51,470 nt of DNA, taken from NCBI RefSeq assembly GCF_001194135.2, contig NC_068984.1, forward strand, positions 72,333,305-72,384,774, read 5' to 3'. The DNA is from Octopus bimaculoides. Taxonomy: Eukaryota. Under the pieces are notes generated by a model that made no database searches, was not told the origin of the DNA, and saw only the letters and a list, made by a program, of their open reading frames with translations. A program made the position numbers and the translations under genes. Numbering within the stretch: the stretch's first letter is position 1; each line of letters begins with the position of its first letter. Positions 27,911 through 39,573 of the stretch are shown piece after piece.

Positions 27911-28130
27911 ACACACACGCAAACACGGACGCAAACGCATGCGAATGTAAGGAAATACATCGTAGACGAACAGAATGAAATAAGTGGAGCAAGAGGACAC
28001 TCGAAGACGTAAATTGTTGCTGAAGAGGTCACAGATGTGTTGGAAAATGTCCAGACAATGAACATGAGTTAGAATAAGAACAGTAATAAACGAGTGAAGA
28101 ACGAATATATAGTGTGTGTGTTTATTTGGC
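25400..28130 (+). mobile_element. Penelope-like retroelement pseudogene (RT + GIY-YIG) with long 3' region
   Basis: Ordered motifs PGLYGLHKDHK, PVCGANVA, SMDVIYL, GVAFGVSITGDAANLFMVW, YSRFVDD (26214-26234), GLPF-LDTELW, IVYSFRCTEGLC...TYIEETVRSIRERICEH (GIY-YIG) and LNRNPEW. Frameshifted. Confidence 0.85.
28014..28058 (+). ncRNA. Degenerate hammerhead-like motif in the PLE 3' region
   Basis: ttgttg-CTGAAGA-ggtCACA ga TGTGttg-GAAA-atgTC-cagacaa. Core and stems are recognisable but mismatched. Confidence 0.4.
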
Positions 28131-28177
28131 AAAGAAATACAGCCATCACTAAATGCAACAATATTATTATAATCGTT

Positions 28178-28471
28178 TTATGAATCACTTTCATGTGCAC
28201 TAGACTCGCGCACACCATCGTTTGTGGACATGATCACCGATTCACAAGCACTCCTAGGCGGACGTGTAGATTTCTTTTTAAAAAACAAGTCTGGAGTTGT
28301 TTGCTTACAAGCTTTTTTCTCATCGTTCTCTATAAATTTGTCGGTAACACGCAGAAGCATTTGTTGTAGTAGAAGAAACTTTTGCAATTCGTCCAAAATT
28401 TGATTTTTGCTAGAAAAATAAAACTTGTGAACCCGGGCTCTCTTAAAGAAGGTCCTCGTAAAATGAGACAT
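28178..28471 (-). CDS. Candidate 97-aa ORF/exon (MSHFTRTFFKRARVHKFYFSSKNQILDELQKF...)
   Basis: Non-repetitive open frame in AT-rich DNA, preceded by a possible acceptor tttaatacatag. No family recognised. Confidence 0.22.
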   Translation of the reverse strand: MSHFTRTFFKRARVHKFYFSSKNQILDELQKFLLLQQMLLRVTDKFIENDEKKACKQTTPDLFFKKKSTRPPRSACESVIMSTNDGVRESSAHESDS

Positions 28472-28839
28472 AACTATGTATTAAACTGCCTTTCAGAGAC
28501 AGTATATGCAGAGTAGGAAAATGTTAAAACCAGCAATTGTTTCAAATATTTGGACCACGTTTCTGAAACGGAACAAGCATTTTTGCCATAAAAGTTTCTC
28601 AAAACTAACAAAGTGAATTAATTAAAATGAGTATATTATCAAAAATAGACATTGTACCCAACAGAAAGATAGCTTCACCCTTCTCGTTTCCGGATTACCA
28701 GCCACCTACTGCTGGCGCTCCTTCGGTTCCAGTTGATACCCTCAACGGAAAAGCCTGCTCCTGAAATTAACGTGCAAGTGACTGAGCCCTCCACAGAAAC
28801 ACGTTCCTTTAATGTAGTTCCCTTAATGAGATTCAGCGT

Positions 28840-29025
28840 GATACAGAATGTGACAGGGATGGTCCTTTGAAATGCAGGTACTTCTCATTTTTGCCAGCTG
28901 AGCGGACTAGAGCTACTTGAAATAAAATGTCTTGCTCAAGGATACAACATGCTGTCGGAAATCGAACACATGACCTTAAGAATGTGAGCCGAATACCTCT
29001 AACCACTAAGTCACGCATCTTCACA
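28840..29025 (-). mobile_element. SINE (second family)
   Basis: tcttgctcaagga...aatcgaac...ctaaccact is the reverse complement of the SINE head/body at 23667. Confidence 0.7.
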
Positions 29026-32000
29026 GTCAGTCATCTAAAATATGGAATATGCTAAAGAAATATTTGTGTCTTAATTCACATCTATTTGTCAATATCGAAG
29101 CATGTCAGCTCAAAATAAAACCATGTGGTATACAAATATATCATATGCCATTAATTGGCACAGTATTAGAATATAGAAGGGAATAATTCCTGGTATATTC
29201 CACTACTCGTTGGATTAAATTCATGTCCCGTCGAATTCAGTCTTGTTGTTTAATACTTGTGTCGATAAACGGAGTACCAATTGATTGGTTTGACTGTATG
29301 ATAACCGATGCTGACGCCTCATGTGTGCAACCAAGTTCTTTGAGTTCTGATTTCAGTCCTCATTGGTTGAAATAAACCATCGCCCAATTTACCAACACTA
29401 CATGGCATCTTGATTGCATTTAGCGGAAGCCACTCAGTGACAAGAATTAACCTCAAACCTCTGTTTTTAGGATAGTCTCTTCTCTTCAGTCTTAGATGTT
29501 TTATAAAGTGGCAGGATACTGGTTTTCTTTCTAAATAAATTATAAGCAATCAGTATAGAATAATCAAATGCCTCAATGTTTTAAAACATGCATCCACCTC
29601 CAACACAAAAGATTAAATTCATCTTATTATGACCAACGAACGATAGAATATTACGTGCACACAAATACATAATTAGATGGATCTTATCTGACTAAACCAG
29701 CACGTGGAAAAACTTGCCAAAAAAAAAGAAAGAAATGACCTTTTATGACAGTAAAAACTTTACAACTATCAAAGGCTGTACTTGGTGTCGCTTTACTTAT
29801 TTCATTATAAAATTTCGATTATTTGATTTCAGCAACACAAAACAATCATCCTTTTGAAATACTTTTCGCACTTTCCAAGAACGCTATTCATCTGAATGAA
29901 TAAGCAAACAAAATATATACGTTAATTAGAATATATTGCATGGTAATAATCAGAATATAATGCATTTAGCACAGCAAGAGTATATTGAATTTGAGAAATT
30001 ATCAAAGCAGAGTAATTAATTACCAACAATTGCATATAAATTCGGAGTGTTTTGCTATTAATTTTCCAAAACATTTTCGTTGTAAGTCTAAAAGTCTTAT
30101 GTGAAAATAATTTTCTAAAACTCAATGTGAGTGAAACAACTTTAATAAAACGCATATTTTCTGAGAATTAATTGTATGCAAAGATGTCGAAAACTTGGAA
30201 TGTTCGAACGCAAGCTTAGCAGCCTGGATCAAGGGATCGCTTTGCAGTTGGTTCATTTCGCATAAAACTCGGGGGAGCAGAATATAGATTCGGTTCCTCC
30301 ATATAATTATGGGTGATGCTTGCAAGATTACACAGCATTTCATCGGCAGAAGAGTTGTTCTTAGTGCTAAAAATATTCGATGACCGTTTCAACAAAGCCA
30401 ACTGTTGAAACGCAACTTCAGTAGAGTCAATTCTGTTGTAAGCAGTCAGGCGAAGGAATGCGTCATTTCCGGACAACTTCCTACCTTCCCTCTGCTATCT
30501 ACGGAAGATTCAGTGAATTTATGAGCACTGATTGACCCTAGAAAAAATTAGAATACGCTGTAGTGGTATCAACAATCTGAATATTAAAGTAAATCAGTAT
30601 TGCTTTAATAGCATGAATATCAATGTTAAAGAGGAAAAGTAAATGTATCTGAAATTCTGGAATAATTTTCTTAATGGTCAGTTGTTTAAAACAATCGTAA
30701 TTTTATTAATTGCCAACACGGTGTTACCTACAAACGGTAGGTGTATATGTTGCAGCAAATCTTTAATACATCAATTTGTTGGCGTTTAATCTAGAACTTA
30801 ATGAACACATATAAGCAGTTTACATTAAAATTAAGCCTGCGTGGAACATATAGCCAAAGTCTCATTAAAAAAAATATGAAAAGTAAGTATCAACTAAGGT
30901 TCGCACAAATAACTCTCTTTCGTTTCAATTATGATTGTTTTTCTATTTACTACGAGAACGATAATTACCTAAATTATTATGATTATTTTAATTTCCTCGA
31001 AATATAAGAACGGCATATATTGCCTTTTAAGTGCCAATTCAGATACTCATTGTCTTGCTATTATTGTTGTCTAGAGTGATATCTCATTTCAAGGAGCATA
31101 CGTATCAACGAACACTTTCCAAAATCTCTATTCTTTATATTTAATTTCTATATAACTTTTTTTTAAATATGTTAACTAGTAATTTTGCGAGGTCTAAATG
31201 TTACAAATCTACAATATTGGGTGATTGTAGAATCAGTTCTGCTTTTAAGTTTGCGATTCATTTTAAAAATTTTAATTGACCGTTTTTAGTTGGGTGGAAA
31301 CAGATTCTTGTAGGACGGAGGATTCAATTCGAATGTGTAAATATTCAACAAATTGCATATTATAAGATGTGTGATCTTCAGAATCGAATATTATAACATA
31401 TATGATTTTACAATGTTCAAACATAGATATTATAGTATAAAAACCTAAATAGGTTTTATATATTTAAACATATATAACATATTAATAGAACTCCGTGGGT
31501 TTCGGTAATGGGTTCTCAGTTATTTGAATATAGGAACAGCTTGCTACTTAAATTAGTGTGCGAGATTCCTATGTATTCCACAGGAATGTGTACCCTTCAC
31601 ATGAACCCTAAGCAGAACTACTGTTAAATAGAACTTGAGGAGGCTAGACATTTGATTTAATAGCAAACTTAATTCATAAATCTCGGGGTAGCTTTACTGA
31701 ATCTGAATTGCTGGCGAAAGCCATTCTAAGCACTTCTACACAGATTCAAACTCACTGATTTTAGCAACATATCGATCAGTGTCCTTCAGTTAGACTTGCG
31801 TGAGTGACTTCGTGATTGTAAAATAAACGTCTTAATCCTTCGTCTTAGTACTGCAATTTCCCGTCACCACAATCTGGTGCAGTGCACAGATTTTTCAGCA
31901 TTTAAAGATCAGGCTCATACTTTCATACATCTTCCAGCCTGCTATTTGGTACAAACAAATTAGGATAATTTTAAAAAGTATTTGAATTATTTTGGATAAT

Positions 32001-32059
32001 GTTTTTCCATCTTTGTTTTACCTATAACATTGGTTTCAAATATTGCCACAAAGTCAGCA

Positions 32060-32220
32060 ATTTCGGGAGATGGACTCAGTCGGTAACATCGACCCCAGCG
32101 CTCAGCGGGTATTTATTTTATCAGTACCAAAAGGATGGAAAGAAAAGGTAACCTCGACGAAATTTGAACTGCTAAGCATTCTGTCCGGCTTGCTAACGCT
32201 TCTGCCAGCTCACCGACCTC
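32060..32220 (-). mobile_element. tRNA-derived SINE
   Basis: Reverse complement reads ggtgagctggcagaagcgttagcaagccggac...gttcaaattt...ggggtcgatgt, as in the 48913 copy. Confidence 0.8.
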
Positions 32221-33740
32221 ACTATAAGTACTATCAACACACAAATCACTGAGTATTATCGGTAAGAGACGTTAATTAGTCTAAGTAGTAAGTAATAGAG
32301 TGAGTTTCAAGAAAGACAGATATGTAGAAGGAAATACATTTGGTCACATTTGTACATATCACATTTCTGCTGATAACTTCTTTGAACAACTAAACAATTA
32401 CTTTTTGATTATTCTGCTACCTCAGTATTATACGTCAGGTATTATGTCACATATAGTAATTCAGAATACGAAATGACTTGTAACAGTTTCTATATCACCT
32501 ACCAAATTTAGGTTCCGTCCATACCGTGATTTACATTGGACTCACCTATTTAGTAAGACCAGCAGTAAAGTGCTGAGACACTTCCAGTTCAATTACATGA
32601 TGGTCCATCCGTTTTCAGTAGCGATAAAAAATTAAAATCAATGATGTGAGTTTCAATCATTAATTCATCATTTACTTTCTGATATCTTATGCTTAGCAAG
32701 GCTTTTAATTAAAATAGAATTAAGAACTATATCAAGTATAGTTAATAAATTATAAATACAGCGTTTTTGTAAATCCATTTATAATGATGTCCAAGATAGA
32801 TGGATATTTTTTTCATTTATATACATTTTCTTTCTGAGATACTGAAAGGCAAAAAACTCTAGGAAATACTGACAAATGTAAATATGAGGAGAAAAATATA
32901 AATATAAAATGAGAGAAAATAATTAAATTGGAACCCATAAAATGTCTACCGTAATAAAAATTTAAAATATATAATGCAAAAATAAAATCAAAATAGTTTA
33001 TTCAGAATAAGATTTTATCAATATTGAGTAGATATTTTTTAAAAAATTGGAAACAATTTAACTATAAAATAATATAAATAAAGATATTTTACATCATTAA
33101 AAAATGCAAAAACAAACACATTTCTTCCTATCTTGTATTAGTTTATCACATTTCATTCAGAATATCATAAATTTTAACGAATGATTACCATCGCAGAAGG
33201 CTTAGAAATTGACACTAACAAATCTCATGCTTATATTTCAGATTCTTAGTGGAGTGTTAAATATGATAAATAAAAGAAGATAAATGCAGCAAGATCCATG
33301 CTCCTCACCTATTAAGTGATCCAATGAATTTATAGCCGGAACTATATAACAGTAGACTACATTTCAAAAATATTTTAGAAATTACTAAAAGTATTTTAGT
33401 AATATCATAAAATAAGATGCAGTCATATGCAGTAATGAGGCGCGAGGTTCTTCTGCCAAAGCTATTCCTGAGAATAAAATATTTCAAATCATAGACCGGC
33501 AGTAAGAAACTATATATTAGAAGCATATGGAAAGGAAATAAAATATAATGGATGATATGTTAAGTGAAGAAGAAACGTGAGCTTAGCAGAGGGTTATTAT
33601 TATTAATAACGAAGTAAATGAAATTGTAAACAAAGTCGAAATATGGACTCTGCATAACTTTGAAATCGAATACGGCACATGGTAATTACATAAACTTATG
33701 TCTATAGGTATGTAGGTGTATAAATACATACATACATACA

Positions 33741-33771
<31 letters not shown>

Positions 33772-33934
33772 GTGTGTGCGTGTGTGTGTGTGCATGTGTA
33801 ATAGTGAGTCTGTCGTAGTGAGAGAAACGCGATTCCGCAATTTTTTGCTGATCACCCACACAAATGACTTGTTAATAGTAATCAATTATATGTGCATTAC
33901 ATCAAATCTATGCTGCCATCAAATCTATGTTGCC

Positions 33935-34102
33935 TTAAGAGGTGTATAGTGTACCACACATCAAGTCTGGAAATGATTGTAATGCGACGTGAGATGAAGG
34001 GTTATTTTCAAGTACACAACGCACCGCCCAGTCTAGGAACCTAAACCACGATCTTGCGATCGTGAGTGCGACCCCCTAATCACTAGACCACGCACCTTCA
34101 CA
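33935..34102 (-). mobile_element. SINE (second family)
   Basis: ccacgatcttgcgatcgtgagtgcgaccccctaatcactagaccacgc is a reverse-complement tRNA-like head. Confidence 0.65.
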
Positions 34103-36049
34103 TTTTTAATTTCCCGCTAATTTCATAGTTCAGTCATAAAAAAACAAAAATCTTTTTAAACAAATAAGTAAGAAAAAGAGACTAGCTGAATCATGAGGCT
34201 GCGTGTTTGGAATTGATAGGATATATTTCAACATGCATGCGTACAACTCTGATAGCGCACTCAAAAGCAAGATGGATGGAGAAGAGACAGATAGATTAAT
34301 TTCTAGGGGATGAATTAGTGAAGAAAGAGTGGCCAGTAGTTCGGGATACTGAAGTGAACAATGTAAGTCCAGCATTTCAAAATGCAGTCATTGTTTTGTG
34401 GACGTTAAATAGTTCAGAGTAATTGTTCAAGAAAGTCTGTTTTGTGAAGAATAGAAAATGAAAAATAACAAAAATTAGATTTTAAAATATATGTAATTTG
34501 TGGCTTAAAAATTAAATGACGAGAGAAGTATAAAAAGCGGTGTTAGCTGGTGAAGTTTATATAAAGTATATATCTAAATATCTACCTACATATATACAAT
34601 TCTGTCACCGTGAAAATATAATATAATACACACACACACACACACACACAAACACATATATATACATATGTGTGTGTGTGTGTGTGTGTTTATGTGTGTG
34701 TGTGTGTGTGTGTGTTCATGTATGTATATTTCTTCTAACCATATTTTGAACGTCAAAAACAGACATTTAAGAAGCCATCATTTTCTGAAATGTCAGTAAT
34801 TTTAGTAAGGACATCAACGAAATTATTTAAATATTTCTGTAATCAATAGTTTAAATATAAACAACGTCATCACCATCATCATCATCATCATCATAATCAT
34901 CGTCGTCATCATCATTATCATCGCTACCGCCACTGCCTGGCGGCGGCAGTGGTGTCCGAGGTGGTGGTCGTGCTCATTATGAAATTTATATCTTTAAGAA
35001 AGGCGGCGAGAGGCAACCGATAGTTTCAACAATAAATTTAAGATGGCTTTCACTAATTTTAACCAAATAGTTACACCAACTATTGAAGTCTTATGTAATT
35101 ACCAATTACAACTACATTAACAATAAACAGCCATGAGAACAACTTCAACAATTACGACATATAGAAAATGAAAATGAGAAGGATGCGAACAAATTAATTA
35201 AGAACATACATACTTATAGTACTAAGAACTAACATAATAGCTACCTCTGTTACTAGCATTAACGATAACACCATTAATACCGACATAATGAATGATGGCA
35301 AACCCAATGTTTCTGATTACATGAAAAAGCGGTTCGAATTCAAATATACATTTATCCATTCTGGAAGAATTTACAACCTACGCATACCAAATGTTTCGTG
35401 ATAAAGTTTCAACAGCGTCTGTGACTCCCTAACCAACTCAAAGTATTTTGGCAATTTAAGAACCAGAAGTCTATCACAAACGACAAAATAAAGAACTAAG
35501 ACTGGAATAGTTACAAAAGGCTCAGTCTCTAAAGTCACCAGTGCCGCCGTGATCTCTCTCTTATTTGTACAATATGAAAGATATACCACCAACATAGGAA
35601 GAAATTATGCCAATTTCAACTTTGAATATCTTTCAAAGTTAAGCGGCCAACAGAAACACAAATCGTGCTCAGACAACATAACAATACACCGATGCAAATT
35701 CTTCTTTACCTGCACTACTCCTAATGTTTTAAAGATTTATCCGCCCACAAATGGAAGAAGGTAAAGTTGATTCCATAAACTTCAAGCGTTGCGTCTAGAA
35801 ACGATTGGAAAGGTGATAGTTCTCAACATACCAAAAATCTCTTATTTCAGTTGGATGAATGTCTCGACATAACACTAAAATTTTTTTCACTACCTAGCGC
35901 ACAGAAGTAAGACCTGATCTGAAACCAAACGTTATCTGGTATGCATATATATAGAGTGTGTGTGACTGTGCGTCTTTGTGACGTGTGTGTGTATATGTGC
36001 ACATAGGAGTTTATATACACATATATGCGTATATATATATTAATATATA

Positions 36050-36119
<70 letters not shown>

Positions 36120-36428
36120 AGCATATGTATGTATATATATCGCTGCTTCCTACTACCCACCCCTCGACAACCTGACAGTTTTCTAATCGCCATTTGGTCA
36201 ATTTCTTGTTCGCCATGCGCTGTTTTCCAAATAAGTGTTACCCACACACCAACATCAAACCACGGCACCGCGTGACCTTCCTCGACCAATCGCACCCTAC
36301 CTTACAGTAATAACAATCGACTTCTGTCATTCAAATTCAAGATGACTGACGATAGCATCACACTTGAAAGTCAAGATTACCAACGAACTTTAATCAAACT
36401 GTTGTGATGCATACATACATACATACAC

Positions 36429-36486
<58 letters not shown>

Positions 36487-36920
36487 ATATATGTATGTAT
36501 GTATATATAGTACAGATAGGTTTAAAAGAGAAAAATAAACTATACGTGGTAGAAGTATGAGGAAAATAAGAAGAGAAAAGCGAAAATGCACATTGGGTAT
36601 AAAACAATAAAGGTAACGGTAAATATATACAATTAGATTAACTGCGGTACAATTAAGAGGAATAAATCTCATTATTTCGAATTGTTAAAGTGATTCAAAG
36701 TCATACTGGTTTCGTCAACTGCTGTTCACTGGCTTTGAATGCGCAACAATTACCAAACGGTGTCGGGTTTACTAGTACCTGAGTAAAAAGATGATATGCA
36801 AGTTATGTAAGGAGTACTGGGAGTGGTGCAATTAAGTTAGATGTAGTAATGTAATATGAATGGTGTATGGAATGTATGGGAATTAGTGGTATTAATGAGT
36901 TAGTAGTGTTGTATATAATG

Positions 36921-37457
36921 TTATGTGTTCATGTTGAGTTGTGGAGGATATTTATTAATGAAAGTTGCTTCTTTACTCATTCTTTGCTGAACTGAGCTGT
37001 TCTGTGAACATTGATATGAAAGGACAATTTGGAAGTTAGGATTAATGTGCCTAGCACACCTTTCTATGTGTTCACTGACCTGTAATTTTCTGTATTGTGG
37101 GTAGCGGATTTGCTCTTTGTGCTGAGTTGTTCTTCGACAGAGTGATATTCCTGTTTGGCCAATATAAGGATTGCCGTAACCTAAGTAGGTGACGGCATAG
37201 ATGAGGTTTTCCGTGGCACAGGTGAAATTTGATCTTATCTTAAAAATTTCGCCTTGTTTAAAGTTGAACTCTGTACCCTTCAAAAGATGGGGGCATATGC
37301 CACATTTAGGGCGACCACATCTTCTCATTTTTGGTTCTGTTGTCAATGGATATAGTCTTGCATTAGATAATATATTTTCAATGATTTCGGTTGCATTTTC
37401 TTCTATGCAAGCTTTACAAATATGTGAATGTTTGTGCATTTTAGGTAATCCGTAAAA
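36921..37457 (-). pseudogene. PLE GIY-YIG endonuclease domain fused to the RT motif FYGLPK
   Basis: The 172-aa ORF has the CxxC/H/H zinc motif and an LIY...YIG triad. FYGLPK (37440-37457) is in the same frame upstream. Confidence 0.85.
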
Positions 37458-37674
37458 AAATACTTCGTCTGTATTTAAAACTGGATAGTCAATTTCGTTT
37501 TCAGTGAGGCCCTTTGCATGTACTTGAAGAAAGGCGGATAAGTTTTTAACTGTCTTCTGTGGGTTTTATTTTACTATCTTCTCATAGTAAATATTGTTTC
37601 CCAAGAGAGATTATTAAATATTTATAGTACTCAGTGTCCATCACTAATATCGCACTTCCTTTATTGGCTTCTTT

Positions 37675-38348
37675 GGATCTTTTTTAAAACGGGGGCCACA
37701 TTTTTCATTAATGTTTTACGTAGTGTTTTTGGTACCGAAAGACTTTCAAACTTCGTATACTTATCTATTTTGTGTTATAGAACAGAAAAATATTTTTATA
37801 TTCGAATTTATTTCATGTAAAAAATTGTCTTATTTCGATAATTTCAACCAATCACTGACGTCCATTCAGCCGATATACATTAAGTGCCGACTACATAAAC
37901 AGACGATTCTTCGTTTTATTTGCTTTTTTCATTTTAAATTTGCTTTAACCCTAACCCTAACCCTAACTCTAACCCTAACCCTAACCCTAGGGTTAGGGTT
38001 AGAGTTANNNNNNNNNNNNNNNNNNNNNNNNNNNNNNNNNNNNNNNNNNNNNNNNNNNNNNNNNNNNNNNNNNNNNNNNNNNNNNNNNNNNNNNNNNNNN
38101 TTAGGGTTAATTGTTTCAGAATCGTTTGTTTATGTAGTCGGCGCTTAATGTATATCGGCTGAATGGACGTCAGTGATTGGTTGAAATTACAGAAATACGA
38201 CCACTTTAACATGGAATAATTTATGGATTTCTTTTTTTTTTAAGAAGACTAAGAGAAAAAGATGTTTTATATGACACATTCTACCAGTGTTCCAAGTTTC
38301 AAAGTGTTTCGTTAATGAAAAATGTGGCCCCCGTTTTAAAAAAGATCC
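37675..38348. mobile_element. Non-autonomous palindromic DNA transposon (MITE), Merlin-like, carrying telomeric repeats
   Basis: Perfect 37-bp TIRs GGATCTTTTTTAAAACGGGGGCCACATTTTTCATTAA at 37675-37711 and 38312-38348. The 8-bp flanks GCTTCTTT/GCTTATTT match 7 of 8, like a TSD. An inner 72-bp inverted repeat is also present. Confidence 0.85.
37946..38109. repeat. (CCCTAA)n-(TTAGGG)n palindromic telomeric tract inside the MITE
   Basis: C-rich repeats switch to G-rich repeats at CCCTAGGG (37985-37992). There is a 93-N gap. Confidence 0.9.
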
Positions 38349-39040
38349 GCTTATTTAATGGTGAAGTTTATATCATTTTTAACTCGATTAGGTTTTTCCA
38401 TTCATTTGTGTTTAGGCTGGATTTTAATTCGTTGTTTTTGCAGGGTATTGAAAGGAAAGTTGGTTATGTTTTCACAAAAATCATCAAGTCCTTTATTTCT
38501 GCCTTTTGTAGGAGAATGTTCGCTTTTGTTTTAACTATTGAGTCATCTTCGCTAGTGTAGTTGTGAAGTGCTTCTGTGCGGCGTAATTTTCGGCCAAAAT
38601 CCATAGTGTCATCTTTGATTTTATTCGGGTTCGATCTCCAAGGGGTTGGTGTAAACTTTAAACCGCTTGCTAGAATTTTAGTTTCTGCAGTACTTAGGAT
38701 TTTCCTTCATAAGTTGATTATTTTCGGTTGTCCTGGTATTACATCTACCCTAATTACACCACTCCCAGAACTACTTACCTCCCTTAAATCTAATCTTCTT
38801 ACTCAGGAACTAGTAGACCCGACACAGTTTGGTAATCGTTGCGCATTCAAGGCCAGTGAACAGCAATTGACGAAACAGGTATGACTTTGAATCCAATTAA
38901 CAATTCAAAATAATTACTTTTATTCCTCTTAATTCTACTTCAGTTCATCTAATTGTGTATATTTATCGTTACTTTTTATTAAAAAGCCTTTATTTTTATA
39001 TATCCAATGTGCATTTTTGCTTTTTTCTTCGTACTTTCCC

Positions 39041-39085
<45 letters not shown>

Positions 39086-39444
39086 TAGGTCTCATGCTAC
39101 TGCTATCTAGCACCTTCGGATGATCTCTACTCAACTGCTACACGACGGCTACTCAACTCCTCTACCATGGCTTTATTCATATGTCTTGGGCGATCCTATT
39201 TCTTCGCTTGGGGTCGTCGACACAATATATATATATATATATCAATTAGAAAATGGAGGATAATATGTTGAACCCAACTACTTGCAGACAGTGTATCCCG
39301 TTGAATTCATTAATTTAATTCATAGCTAAAGTGACAAAAAAAACACAAAGTACAGGTGTTTATGACAAACCATGTTATTTTGTCATCCGGGTTTACAGAT
39401 AGAAGTACAAAGTACATAAGGAATTAGAGAATGAACAGAAGTTT

Positions 39445-39573
39445 AATCTTACAGCTGTTTCGGCTTAGGTTTGGCATGCCCCATTCTATCCGAATAGTTC
39501 TTGCCGGAGTGATTATCGGATGAAATTTTGAAATGGGGTTGCATGCACGAACCGCTAGGCCTCTTCAGAGATT
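39445..39573 (-). ncRNA. Type I hammerhead ribozyme with extended stem II
   Basis: AATCT-CTGAAGA-GGC...GCC-GAAA-C(AGCT)G-TA-AGATT. Stem I is a perfect 5 bp, all core nucleotides are present, and predicted cleavage follows GUA at 39450. Confidence 0.7.

Larger units (their letters stand above)
36560..39040 (-). mobile_element. Internally deleted Penelope-like element flanked by ~290-bp inverted arms and interrupted by a MITE
   Basis: Minus strand reads KIINL...ILASGLKFTPTP...IK[MITE]EANKGSAILVMD...FYGLPKMHK, joined to CGRPKCGICP...LIYAV...YIGQT...H...H...FINKYPPQLN. Arms at 36560-36850 and 38740-39040 are reverse complements. Confidence 0.85.

Noticed and set aside
34927-34953. GC-rich hairpin CCACTGCC...GGCAGTGG
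   Set aside because: Embedded in a degenerate trinucleotide tract; no context suggesting function.
36685-36745. Possible hammerhead in the PLE arm (TTCAAAG...CAGTGA...GAAAC...CTTTGAA, also at 38845-38890)
   Set aside because: A closing stem exists, but both copies lack CUGANGA and the GUH triplet, so a canonical HHR cannot be supported.
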